Assembly: GCA_020443225.1 (NCBI GenBank)
Contig: JAGRIO010000001.1
Location: 1 to 53,321, forward strand
Origin: Pseudomonadales bacterium
Lineage (GTDB): Bacteria > Pseudomonadota > Gammaproteobacteria > Pseudomonadales > Azotimanducaceae
Reading direction: 5' to 3'
DNA: 53,321 nucleotides
Shown here in pieces: positions 25,499 to 34,031 of this stretch. The notes beneath the pieces are model-generated. The model worked only from the letters and a program-made list of their open reading frames with translations. It did no database searches and was not told where the DNA came from. The translations under genes and the position numbers were made by a program. The first letter of the stretch is position 1; every line of letters begins with the position of its first letter.

Positions 25499-27232
25499 GT
25501 GAGCACTGTTATGTATGACCTGATTATCCGCGGCGGTACTGTTATCGATGGTACCGGAAAGGACCGTTACGTGGCTGATGTAGCGATTAAAGACGGAAAA
25601 ATCGCTGCCATTGGTGATATCGCCGAGACAGCGGGCAAAGAGATTGATGCGAGTGGCAAGCTGGTGACCCCGGGCTGGGTAGATATTCATACCCACTATG
25701 ATGGTCAGGCGACCTGGGACCCGGTACTGGCACCTTCCAGCTGGCATGGTGTAACCACTGTCGTGATGGGTAACTGCGGTGTGGGTTTTGCCCCGGTCAG
25801 ACCCGATGGCCATGAATTCCTGATTCAGCTGATGGAAGGTGTGGAAGATATTCCCGGTGCCGCACTGGCAGAGGGTATTAACTGGCAGTGGGAAACCTTT
25901 CCCGAGTATCTTGATGCGCTGGAAAAATTCCCCAGGGCTATTGATGTGGCAACTCAGGTGCCTCATGGGGCGGTTCGTGCCTATGTGATGGGAGAGCGCT
26001 GTAATACAGACTATGCACCAACTCAGGAAGAAGTCGAGCAAATGGCGGCGCTGATTCGTGAGGGTGTTGAAGCCGGTGCGCTGGGTTTTTCCAGTTCAAA
26101 AACGCTGCTGCACAAAGATGTTCACGGTGAGTACATGCCTGGCACCTTCTCTGGTAACGATGAAATGCTGGCTTTGGGCCTGGCGATGAAAGGGCTGCCT
26201 AATTCGGTGTTCGAACTGGTTTCTGATCACCTGGGTGAGGATGAAGAATGGGCCTGGGTCACCGAATTCCAGAAGCAGACGGGGCTCACCGTCACGTTGA
26301 TCGCGACCACAGCACCGGCCTATGAAAACGGCAAGATGTACAAGCTGGCAGAGCAGGCCCGTGCCGAAGGCCGGGAAATCAGGCCGCAGGCGGCCGGCAG
26401 ACCCACAGGCGTGCTGCACGGATTGCAGTCAAGCTTTCATGCCTTTGTCGGTCATCCGACTTTCCGCACTGAGTTAGCTCATCTTCCCCATGATGAACTG
26501 GTTGGTAAGATGCTGGACCCGGCTATCAAGGCAAGAATTCTGGCAGAAGAGTCCCAGATCAAGTCCGGCCCCATGCAGAATCTGGCACAGTTAATGAACC
26601 TGGTCTTTCCGCTGGGTGAAAACCCGAACTATGAGCCTGGTATCGAAGACAGTATTGCCGGAATCGCCCGCGCCAGAGGTATGGATCCGATGGAGGTCAT
26701 GTATGACATGCTGGCGGCCAATGATGGTAAGGAGCTGTTTTATCAGCCTTTGGGTGGCTATCAGCAGTACTCACTGGAAGGTCAGAAGCAGTTGCTGGAA
26801 CACCCGAATGTCCTGTTTGGTCTGAGTGACGGGGGTGCGCACTGCGGTGTGATTGCTGATGCGGGTATGCCGACGTTTATTATGACCCACTGGGGCCGGG
26901 ACCGTAAGCGGGGTGACAAGATGAGCCTTGAATTTATCGTCAACTCGCTGACGGCTAAAACCGCCGAAGCTTTCGGGCTTTATGACCGCGGCGCCATTGC
27001 AGAAGGATTCATTGCCGATGTGAATATCATTGATTTCGACGCCCTGCGTCTGTTCCGGCCTGAAGCCGTATTCGATTTGCCGGCCGGTGGGCGCCGATTG
27101 GTACAGCGGGCTGATGGTTACGACTTCACCATTAAGGCGGGTGAAGTCATCTTTGAGCGTGGTGAGCATACCGGGGCCTTGCCCGGTAAGCTGGTTCGCC
27201 GCTCTGACCGGCCGCAGGTGCAGGTCGCCTGA
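25499..27232 (+). CDS. N-acyl-D-amino-acid deacylase (D-aminoacylase) family amidohydrolase
   Basis: YDLIIRGGTVIDGTGKDRYVADVAIKDGKIAAIGDI...GWVDIHTHYDGQ. The start is either GTG 25499 or ATG 25511. Confidence 0.85.
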   Translation: MSTVMYDLIIRGGTVIDGTGKDRYVADVAIKDGKIAAIGDIAETAGKEIDASGKLVTPGWVDIHTHYDGQATWDPVLAPSSWHGVTTVVMGNCGVGFAPVRPDGHEFLIQLMEGVEDIPGAALAEGINWQWETFPEYLDALEKFPRAIDVATQVPHGAVRAYVMGERCNTDYAPTQEEVEQMAALIREGVEAGALGFSSSKTLLHKDVHGEYMPGTFSGNDEMLALGLAMKGLPNSVFELVSDHLGEDEEWAWVTEFQKQTGLTVTLIATTAPAYENGKMYKLAEQARAEGREIRPQAAGRPTGVLHGLQSSFHAFVGHPTFRTELAHLPHDELVGKMLDPAIKARILAEESQIKSGPMQNLAQLMNLVFPLGENPNYEPGIEDSIAGIARARGMDPMEVMYDMLAANDGKELFYQPLGGYQQYSLEGQKQLLEHPNVLFGLSDGGAHCGVIADAGMPTFIMTHWGRDRKRGDKMSLEFIVNSLTAKTAEAFGLYDRGAIAEGFIADVNIIDFDALRLFRPEAVFDLPAGGRRLVQRADGYDFTIKAGEVIFERGEHTGALPGKLVRRSDRPQVQVA

Positions 27233-27273
27233 AATCTGGCGGCTGCCTGCGGGCAGTCATCACCGGTATCATC

Positions 27274-27309
27274 AAGCCAGGTTCCGCTGATCGCGGGCCT
27301 GGCTTTTTT
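27274..27309 (+). terminator. Rho-independent terminator after the D-aminoacylase gene
   Basis: AAGCCAGG (27274-27281) pairs with CCTGGCTT (27298-27305), followed by TTTTTG. Confidence 0.75.
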
Positions 27310-27316
27310 GTGGTTG

Positions 27317-28282
27317 TTAGTCTGAAGCTTCAGAGAGTTGTGCCAGCATGGTTTCACTGACCTCCCATAGCCTGTCTGCATTGTCCGGGTCGACCGCCCA
27401 GCGCATCACGCCGGTGCGGTTTTCCGGAACGACGTCATGTATCACCGCTTCTTCGCAGTCGTGGAGATACTGCCCGCCGCGACCTGCCAGGTAGGCAGAA
27501 GTCGCGGCCCAGACGGAAGTGGAAGCACCCTGCTCAACAGTTTTGAACAGCTCGTTTACCTTGCCGTTTTCGTCCACCCAGCCTCGCGACTGAATCTCCT
27601 CGTCTGTCATGTGCCGTTGCAGGCTGGTCATGATGCCGCCGGGGTGCACGGCAAAGGCTTCGATACCCTGACTGGCATAGCGGCGCTGAATACCGACAGC
27701 CATCAGCGCATTAGCGGACTTGGCCTGACCATAGGAAAGCCAGGGATCGTAGGCGCGGTGTTCAAAGCCGATGTCTTCAAACACCACCGGGCTGAGTGCG
27801 TGACCGGTAGAACTGAGACAGATGACCCGGGCACCACCTGCTCTTTGCAAAGCGGGTAGCAGACCCTTAAACAGGGCAAAGTGCCCCAGATGATTGGTGC
27901 CAAACTGAGTTTCAAAGCCATCCTGCGTTGTGCCGTATGGGCAGGCCATGACGGCTGCGTTGTTGACCAGAATGTGCAGCACCGAATGTTCTTTCAGCCA
28001 GGCTTCAGCGAAAGCCCGTACGCTGGCCTGGCGACTAAGGTCCAGTTCACCGGCCCTGACATGATCTTTGCCTGTCGCCTCGTTCAGCTCCTGTGCCGTT
28101 GAAACTGCACGCTCATAGTCACGGCAGGCAATGGTCACACTGGCACCAGCTGTCGCCAGTGCCCTTGCTGTTTCGACGCCGATGCCTGAGTAACCGCCGG
28201 TGACAATAGCGGTTTTACCAGTCAGATCAATGCCTTCCACTGCCTCAAGGGCAGTGGTTCGGTAGCCAAAGGGTTGTTTCAT
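27317..28282 (-). CDS. SDR-family NAD(P)-dependent oxidoreductase (retinol-dehydrogenase/WWOX-like subgroup)
   Basis: TGGYSGIGVETARALA (TGxxxGxG), NNAA, and YGQAKSAN (YxxxK). AGGAG Shine-Dalgarno. Confidence 0.85.
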   Translation of the reverse strand: MKQPFGYRTTALEAVEGIDLTGKTAIVTGGYSGIGVETARALATAGASVTIACRDYERAVSTAQELNEATGKDHVRAGELDLSRQASVRAFAEAWLKEHSVLHILVNNAAVMACPYGTTQDGFETQFGTNHLGHFALFKGLLPALQRAGGARVICLSSTGHALSPVVFEDIGFEHRAYDPWLSYGQAKSANALMAVGIQRRYASQGIEAFAVHPGGIMTSLQRHMTDEEIQSRGWVDENGKVNELFKTVEQGASTSVWAATSAYLAGRGGQYLHDCEEAVIHDVVPENRTGVMRWAVDPDNADRLWEVSETMLAQLSEASD

Positions 28283-28311
28283 GTGATAACTCCTGCTGCG
28301 TGATGTCAGGG

Positions 28312-28342
28312 ATTCTATTTGCTAGAGTGCACTCTAAGTCAA
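28312..28342 (-). promoter_or_regulatory. MerR-type promoter for the SDR gene: -35 TTGACT, 19-bp spacer with a centred palindrome, -10 TAGAAT
   Basis: On the minus strand: TTGACT (28342-28337), the spacer tagagtgcactctagcaaa (19 nt), then TAGAAT (28317-28312). The perfect 14-bp palindrome TAGAGTGCACTCTA spans 28323-28336. Confidence 0.65.
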
Positions 28343-28349
28343 CTGATGA

Positions 28350-28727
28350 ATGGCAGAATCTGTTATGGAAAATTACGATATTGCCCGGATTGCCGAAGAA
28401 ACCGGACTGACCCCCCACACACTGCGCTACTACGAGAAGGAAGCGCTGGTGCCGGAAGTGCCGCGGGATGCCGGAGGAAGGCGACGCTACAGCGATCGCC
28501 ACTTACGAGTGCTGAAGTTTGTCAACGCATTGCGCGCAACCGGTATGCCTATCCGGCAAATAAAGCGCTATCTGGCACTCTATGAAGAAGGAGACAGCAC
28601 GTGGCAGGCGCGGCTGGATTTGCTGGAGGCACACCGCAGCGACGTGCAGCGTCAGCTGGCTTCGGTAAAGTCAAATCTGCGCATTATCGAAGCCAAAATC
28701 AGCAGCTACAGATCCGCAGACGCATGA
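28350..28727 (+). CDS. MerR-family transcriptional regulator
   Basis: YDIARIAEETGLTPHTLRYYEKEALV is a MerR wing-HTH, followed by a C-terminal coiled-coil dimerisation helix. It is divergent from the SDR gene. Confidence 0.9.
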   Translation: MAESVMENYDIARIAEETGLTPHTLRYYEKEALVPEVPRDAGGRRRYSDRHLRVLKFVNALRATGMPIRQIKRYLALYEEGDSTWQARLDLLEAHRSDVQRQLASVKSNLRIIEAKISSYRSADA

Positions 28728-28776
28728 AGCGGGGCTGTGCAACCCAGGTTCTGTCGCGGAACGGAAACAGCTCGAA

Positions 28777-29397
28777 TCAGATCGTAAGCTCAGATACATC
28801 CCGGTAATCGCCGATCCGGCCTTTGACAAAACTGTTAAAGGCGATGGCACGTCTGGGCTCGCTGGAACCGTTGGCCTCAATCATGTGATTGATGTCCGAG
28901 GGGAACATAAATAACTCGTTAGTCTTCGGCGTTATCATGTTGATCGGTGAGTTATACAGATTGCGACGATCGTTCTCCGGGTTGAGTTCTATTTGCCGGT
29001 ACATGGTATGCCGGTCAAAAAACACCCGCGACACAGGCTCGGGTAATTCACAGTAGTACAGTGAGCCGGAAACGATGGAATTGGAATGCGCATGGGCATG
29101 CATGCCCACATTGGGCGGGTTCATCAGTGCCCAGGACTGGGTCACATACAGTTTCTGCGAAATGCCCATCACGTCTCTGGCATAACGGTCGAGCGCTTCC
29201 TGCACGGCAGCGGCCAGCACCTTAAGCTCAGGCTCTTCAAATATATACAGGTTTTCCGAAATAAGGTTGTCCCGGTTGCGCACCATTTTAAGGTTCTTAA
29301 CATAGTCGATCTGGTCCGGGGTAATGGCATGACCCAGATCGGCTCTGGCATAGGGAATGGCAAACAGGGGCTGAATCTCGAATTTTTCAATGGGCAT
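28777..29397 (-). CDS. TIGR02466 / 2OG-FeII_Oxy_5-type putative 2OG-Fe(II) oxygenase, uncharacterised
   Basis: 206 aa: ...LFAIPYARADLG..., ...WALMNPPNVGMHAHAHSNSIVSGSLYY..., ...FPSDINHMIE... This pattern was recalled from memory for that family. Confidence 0.6.
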   Translation of the reverse strand: MPIEKFEIQPLFAIPYARADLGHAITPDQIDYVKNLKMVRNRDNLISENLYIFEEPELKVLAAAVQEALDRYARDVMGISQKLYVTQSWALMNPPNVGMHAHAHSNSIVSGSLYYCELPEPVSRVFFDRHTMYRQIELNPENDRRNLYNSPINMITPKTNELFMFPSDINHMIEANGSSEPRRAIAFNSFVKGRIGDYRDVSELTI

Positions 29398-29584
29398 ACC
29401 AGAGTTCCTGACGCTGTTAAGGATAAAGATGAGCCTGGCGAAATGTTAACAAGAGACGCTGGCAGAAGCGACTTCCCGGCAGGCCGCCAGTCACCTGGCG
29501 AGCCGCGCCGTAATGGTTTGACTGCGCGCAGGGTATGGTCATTCCCTGTTAAACTACAGCACTGCACCTTACCGGAATTTGCGG

Positions 29585-30295
29585 ATGAGCCCACATCCTT
29601 CCCTATTGCTTGGCTGGCCTGACCTGGTGGCCTTCAGCTACATGATCATTATCTGGATAGCGTATGCACAATATGCCAGACACCGGGCGAAGCGGGGTGA
29701 TAAACAGTCATTGTCACATTCCATGCGCCTGCACCGTATCACCTGGGTGAGCCAGATGCTGGCGCGGGACGTGCGGGTGACAGATGCAGCGTTGCTGGCC
29801 AGTCAGGAGCGGGTGGTAGGCTTCTTCGCTTCTGCGACGCTGATATTACTGGCAGCTGTATTCACAGCAGTGTCATCCAGCGGTCAGATCGCGGCGTTAA
29901 CCGGGGAGTTACCGCTGTCGGTGGTGCAGTCTGACGCACAGATTCAGACCAAGCTGATCCTGATCGCTGTGATGCTGATCTACGCATTTTTCATGATTAC
30001 CTGGAGCCTGCGGCAGTATGGTTTTGCAGCGGTGCTGATGGGTGCCGCTCCGATGCCAGGAGATGAGTTGCAGGAAGCCGAACGTCAGCGCTATGTCGAA
30101 CAACTGGCGAGGCTGATGGATGGGGCCGGTCATGACAATAATGCGGGCCTGCGAGCTTACTATTTCTGTCTGGCGATGATTTTCTGGGTGCTGAACCCGT
30201 GGGTGTATGCTGCAGCTACTACGCTGATTATCGCCGTACTGGCGCGGCGGGAATTCAAGTCTAAAACCGTGAAGACGCTTGAAGGCTTCTTCTGA
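29585..30295 (+). CDS. DUF599-family membrane protein
   Basis: WPDLVAFSYMIIIWIAYAQYARHRAKRG..SLSHSMRLHRITWVSQMLARDVRVTDAALLASQERVVGFFASATLILLA matches the DUF599 pattern as I recall it. The ATG at 29585 lies within the ORF that opens with TTG at 29579. Confidence 0.6.
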   Translation: MSPHPSLLLGWPDLVAFSYMIIIWIAYAQYARHRAKRGDKQSLSHSMRLHRITWVSQMLARDVRVTDAALLASQERVVGFFASATLILLAAVFTAVSSSGQIAALTGELPLSVVQSDAQIQTKLILIAVMLIYAFFMITWSLRQYGFAAVLMGAAPMPGDELQEAERQRYVEQLARLMDGAGHDNNAGLRAYYFCLAMIFWVLNPWVYAAATTLIIAVLARREFKSKTVKTLEGFF

Positions 30296-30367
30296 CCGGT
30301 AACCGTTAACCTTTCGCGCCCGGCAGACTGACGCCGGTACGCAACGCACATAATAAAGAGACGCAGT

Positions 30368-30997
30368 ATGTATTATGGTGAACGGCTGAACAGTATCAGC
30401 CATCTGGTTGGTGCAGTCTTGTCTCTGGTAGGGCTTGGTGCCCTGCTGACGGTCAGTATTGGCAGCCGGGAACCCCTGCAGATATTTTCCTTTACCGTTT
30501 TCGGGCTTACCCTGGTGTTACTGTTCACCATGTCGACCCTGTACCACAGTTTCCATCCACCCGGGTTGAAAAAACTGTTTAAGCTGCTGGACCATGTTGC
30601 CATCTATATCCTCATCGCAGGGAGTTACACGCCATTCATGTTGGTTGGTCTGGCGACGCCAAATGCCAACCGGATATTACTGCTGGTCTGGGTTCTGGCG
30701 GTGCTGGGTATTTTCACTGAGGTTTTTCTTTCCGGGCGTGCTGTCAAAGTCGGCCAGCTGGTGTTGTATCTCGCTATGGGGTGGGCCTGCTCGCTGGATA
30801 TCGACAGCCTGCGGGCAGCGTTACCGGTGGCTGGTTTTAGCTGGCTGGTCGCCGGTGGCCTGACTTATACCCTGGGCGTGGTGTTCTATGTGCTGGATAT
30901 GACCGGCAGGCTGAATCATGCTCATGGAATCTGGCATTTCTTTGTTCTGGGTGGCGCTGTCTGCCATTTCATTGCCGTCATCGGTTATCTGGGTTGA
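30368..30997 (+). CDS. Hemolysin III / PAQR-family (TrhA/YqfA-like) 7-TM protein
   Basis: ERLNSISHLVGAVLS, LYHS, DHVAIYILIAGSYTPF and HGIWHFFVLGG. Confidence 0.85.
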   Translation: MYYGERLNSISHLVGAVLSLVGLGALLTVSIGSREPLQIFSFTVFGLTLVLLFTMSTLYHSFHPPGLKKLFKLLDHVAIYILIAGSYTPFMLVGLATPNANRILLLVWVLAVLGIFTEVFLSGRAVKVGQLVLYLAMGWACSLDIDSLRAALPVAGFSWLVAGGLTYTLGVVFYVLDMTGRLNHAHGIWHFFVLGGAVCHFIAVIGYLG

Positions 30998-31124
30998 ATT
31001 GTGCAGGCTTTTGAGAGGCCTTGTTCCTGTGGCTTGATGCAGGTCATGGAGCGGCTACGCAGACGGGGTAATGATAATGACAGTTGATAACTGACCCTGA
31101 AACCCTGAAAAGGTGGAGAAAACA

Positions 31125-31361
31125 ATGCCCGATAAACACGACCTGATTCATGAGCTGCCCGAGTATCGTGATCAGATTCACGACATGAAGATGAACAATG
31201 CTCACTTCGCGAAACTCTTTGATGAGTATCACGAAGTTGATCATGAAGTTCACCGTCTGGAGACCGGTGCTGAAAATGCCTCTGATGAACATCTTGAAGG
31301 GCGCAAGAAACGCCGGTTGTTTCTCAAGGACGAGTTGCTGGCAATGCTGAAAGCCGGCTGA
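31125..31361 (+). CDS. DUF465 (YdcH-like) small coiled-coil protein
   Basis: MPDKHDLIHELPEYRDQIHDMKMNNAHFAKLFDEYHEVDHEVHRLE... An AGGTGGAG Shine-Dalgarno precedes the ATG at 31125. Confidence 0.75.
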   Translation: MPDKHDLIHELPEYRDQIHDMKMNNAHFAKLFDEYHEVDHEVHRLETGAENASDEHLEGRKKRRLFLKDELLAMLKAG

Positions 31362-31369
31362 TTGCATAA

Positions 31370-31410
31370 CGGATACCGGGCAGCGGTGCTGTTCTGGTAT
31401 CCGGATTTTC
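31370..31410 (+). terminator. Rho-independent terminator after the DUF465 gene
   Basis: CGGATACC (31370-31377) pairs with GGTATCCG (31396-31403), followed by GATTTTC. Confidence 0.6.
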
Positions 31411-31508
31411 TCGACAAACGCGTGCACAGGGTATTAACTGAGCAGTATTATTGATTGGATTCAGAGGCTGTATTAACAGTCTTCCCGGTTGTCTGCTACC
31501 AGTTCATC

Positions 31509-32786
31509 ATGTCGCTTCCTGATTCGGTTCTGCTTCGTTTTCCTCTTTTGTTACTGGTGCTGTGCACCAGTTGCTCTGTGCTGGCCATGGCACCTGAAGA
31601 CGCCGTGCATTTGTTGAAAAGAACTGGCTTCGGCGTCACCGAAACAGAGTATCAGGCCATGCTGCCTCTGAGTCGCGAAGAAGGCGTCGCGCAACTGGTG
31701 AATGGCATGAAGCAATTGCCGGTTTCCCGCGCGCCAGGATTTTTACCGACAGATAAAAATGCCGGGCGTAACCGTGGCATTAATGCCGGGCGACTTACCA
31801 GCTGGTGGTTGCGGGAAATGATCAGAACTCCTTCACCGTTGACTGAGCGCATGACGCTGTTCTGGCACGGCCACTTCACATCCGATATCCGCAAAGTGAA
31901 CAGCGCGCTGCTGATGTTCAGGCAGAATCTGCTGTTCCGGCGTCTCGGCACCACCCGATTTGATGACTTGCTTCACGCGGTCATCCGGGATGGGGCCATG
32001 CTGAAGTATCTCGATAATGCCAACAGCCGTAAGGCTGACCCTAATGAAAATTTTGCCCGTGAGCTGCTGGAACTGTTTACGCTGGGTGAAGGCAATTATG
32101 AAGAGCAGGATGTGGTCGCGGCCGCCCGCAGCTTTGCCGGTTGGGGAGTGGCAAGGGATGGCGGGTTTCTGCTCAGAACGGGTCAGGTCGACAGCGGAAC
32201 TAAACGCTTTCTGGGTGTAGAGAAAAACTTCAGTCCGGATGACATTGTGGCGGAGATTCTGCGGGGCGATACGGTAGGTGTTTTTGTGGTCGGGGCGCTC
32301 TGGACAGCATTTGTGTCGCCTGACCCGGTGCCGGCTGAGGTTGCCAGACTGGCGACTGATTTCCGGCAACAGGGGTATGACATCAAGCGGTTGCTCAAGG
32401 CCCTGTTTATGACTGAGGCGTTCTGGAGCAGTCGCGACCAGTTAGTCCGGTCGCCGGTGGAGTTGGTGGTGAGTAGTTACCGACAGCTGGGCGCGGACCT
32501 TAAGCCGCGGCAGATTCGGCAGCAACTGGCCGCGATGGGGCAAATTCCTTTCCGGCCACCAGATGTCAGCGGCTGGCCAGCGGGTGCTGACTGGCTGAAA
32601 GGCGACTGGCTGCTGGCGAGGGAAAATTTCCTGAGTACCCTGCCATTGCCTGATGAGCCGGTGGTCAACGAGAACGGGGAATCTTTCCCAAGGAGTGCGC
32701 GGCAAACTCCGGGACCAGAGATGCCTTTTACCCTGCAACCCTATACGTCGGTCTGGCTGAACAGCCCGCTGGCGAATCTGAAGTGA
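31509..32786 (+). CDS. DUF1800-family protein, secreted (Sec signal peptide)
   Basis: MSLPDSVLLRFPLLLLVLCTSCSVLAMAP is a signal peptide. Family hallmarks: LTERMTLFWHGHFTS and NENFARELLELFTLGEGNYEEQDVVAAARSFAGWG. Confidence 0.8.
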   Translation: MSLPDSVLLRFPLLLLVLCTSCSVLAMAPEDAVHLLKRTGFGVTETEYQAMLPLSREEGVAQLVNGMKQLPVSRAPGFLPTDKNAGRNRGINAGRLTSWWLREMIRTPSPLTERMTLFWHGHFTSDIRKVNSALLMFRQNLLFRRLGTTRFDDLLHAVIRDGAMLKYLDNANSRKADPNENFARELLELFTLGEGNYEEQDVVAAARSFAGWGVARDGGFLLRTGQVDSGTKRFLGVEKNFSPDDIVAEILRGDTVGVFVVGALWTAFVSPDPVPAEVARLATDFRQQGYDIKRLLKALFMTEAFWSSRDQLVRSPVELVVSSYRQLGADLKPRQIRQQLAAMGQIPFRPPDVSGWPAGADWLKGDWLLARENFLSTLPLPDEPVVNENGESFPRSARQTPGPEMPFTLQPYTSVWLNSPLANLK

Positions 32787-32793
32787 CCGTCAT

Positions 32794-34002
32794 ATGAATC
32801 GTCGCCGTCAGATACTGACTGCTATTCCCGGCTTCTTGCTGTTGCCCGGCATGTTGCCACGACTGCTGCGCGCTGAGTCTCACGCCACTACACCTGCCGC
32901 GGCAGTCAGCACTGAGCAGGCGACAGCTGTGCCTGCACAGTCAGAACTGTCACGACTGCCACTACTGAATGCAGAAAAACTTGCTGCAACCAATGCTGAC
33001 GAGCGGGTACTGGTGCTGGTTCAGCTGAAAGGTGGCAATGACAGCCTGAATACCTTTATTCCTCATCGGGATCAACTTTATACCCGGTTGCGTCCACAGT
33101 TACATATCCCCGTCAGTGATCAGCTGCCGGTGACACCGGCGATGGCGTTTCATCCCGCGTTGCGTCCGCTGATGCCAGCCTGGGAAGCGGGCGAGATGGC
33201 AATTATTCACAATGTCGGTTATCCGGGACCGAACCTGTCGCATTTTGCCAGTACAGACATCTGGCATACCGGTCAGGTGCAGAAGGCTGCTCATCAGCAA
33301 GGCTGGTTGCATGCCGCATTAGACGGGAAACACCTGGGCGGGCTGGTGTTGGGCGGCGGTGCACTGATGTTTCGTGGTGCTCCGGCGGGCTATCTGAAAA
33401 TCGGAGATGCACAGAAGTTTTTCAGTGGGGTTGCCAGAATGAGGCCGTGGCAGCTGGACACTGTAAATCCGCTAATGAAGATCTATCAGGAAAACGCTGC
33501 CATGATCAGAGTGCAGGCAGCGATATTACAGACGGCACTGACCAGCGCGCCGCCGGTTGACGATCGTTTCAGTGCTGATGGTTTCGGGCGTCAGGTGGCA
33601 CTCGCCGCGAGAATCATTGCCAGTGACTTTCGGGTCAGGGTGATCAAACTGACACTGGGCAGTTTTGACACCCATGCCTCGCAGCCAGACCGGCACGCCG
33701 GTTTGCTGACGACGCTGGCGTCAAATCTGGATGTGTTGCGGAAGGAACTGCAGCGGTTGGGAAGGTGGTCTGAGGTTCTGGTATTCGCCTATTCTGAGTT
33801 CGGTCGCCGGGTAAAAGAAAATGGCAATCTGGGTACAGATCATGGTGAGGCAGCGAGTGTCTTTATGCTAGGTGAAACCGTTGCCGGTGGTGAACATGGG
33901 CAGTTACAGAGTCTTGAAAACACGAACAAGCGTGGCAATCTGGTCTGGCAGCAGGACTTCAGGGACATTTATGCCGTGCTTGGGAACCAGTGGCTTGTCT
34001 GA
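32794..34002 (+). CDS. DUF1501-family protein (sulfatase/alkaline-phosphatase-like fold) with a Tat-type signal
   Basis: MNRRRQILTAIPGFLL contains a twin-Arg. Family hallmarks: LKGGNDSLNTFIP, VGYPGPNLSHFASTDIWHTG, GSFDTHASQ and EFGRRVKENGNLGTDHG. It starts 8 nt after the DUF1800 stop. Confidence 0.85.
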   Translation: MNRRRQILTAIPGFLLLPGMLPRLLRAESHATTPAAAVSTEQATAVPAQSELSRLPLLNAEKLAATNADERVLVLVQLKGGNDSLNTFIPHRDQLYTRLRPQLHIPVSDQLPVTPAMAFHPALRPLMPAWEAGEMAIIHNVGYPGPNLSHFASTDIWHTGQVQKAAHQQGWLHAALDGKHLGGLVLGGGALMFRGAPAGYLKIGDAQKFFSGVARMRPWQLDTVNPLMKIYQENAAMIRVQAAILQTALTSAPPVDDRFSADGFGRQVALAARIIASDFRVRVIKLTLGSFDTHASQPDRHAGLLTTLASNLDVLRKELQRLGRWSEVLVFAYSEFGRRVKENGNLGTDHGEAASVFMLGETVAGGEHGQLQSLENTNKRGNLVWQQDFRDIYAVLGNQWLV

Positions 34003-34031
34003 GCAGCCGGCGAATTTCATGGCTCACTACC

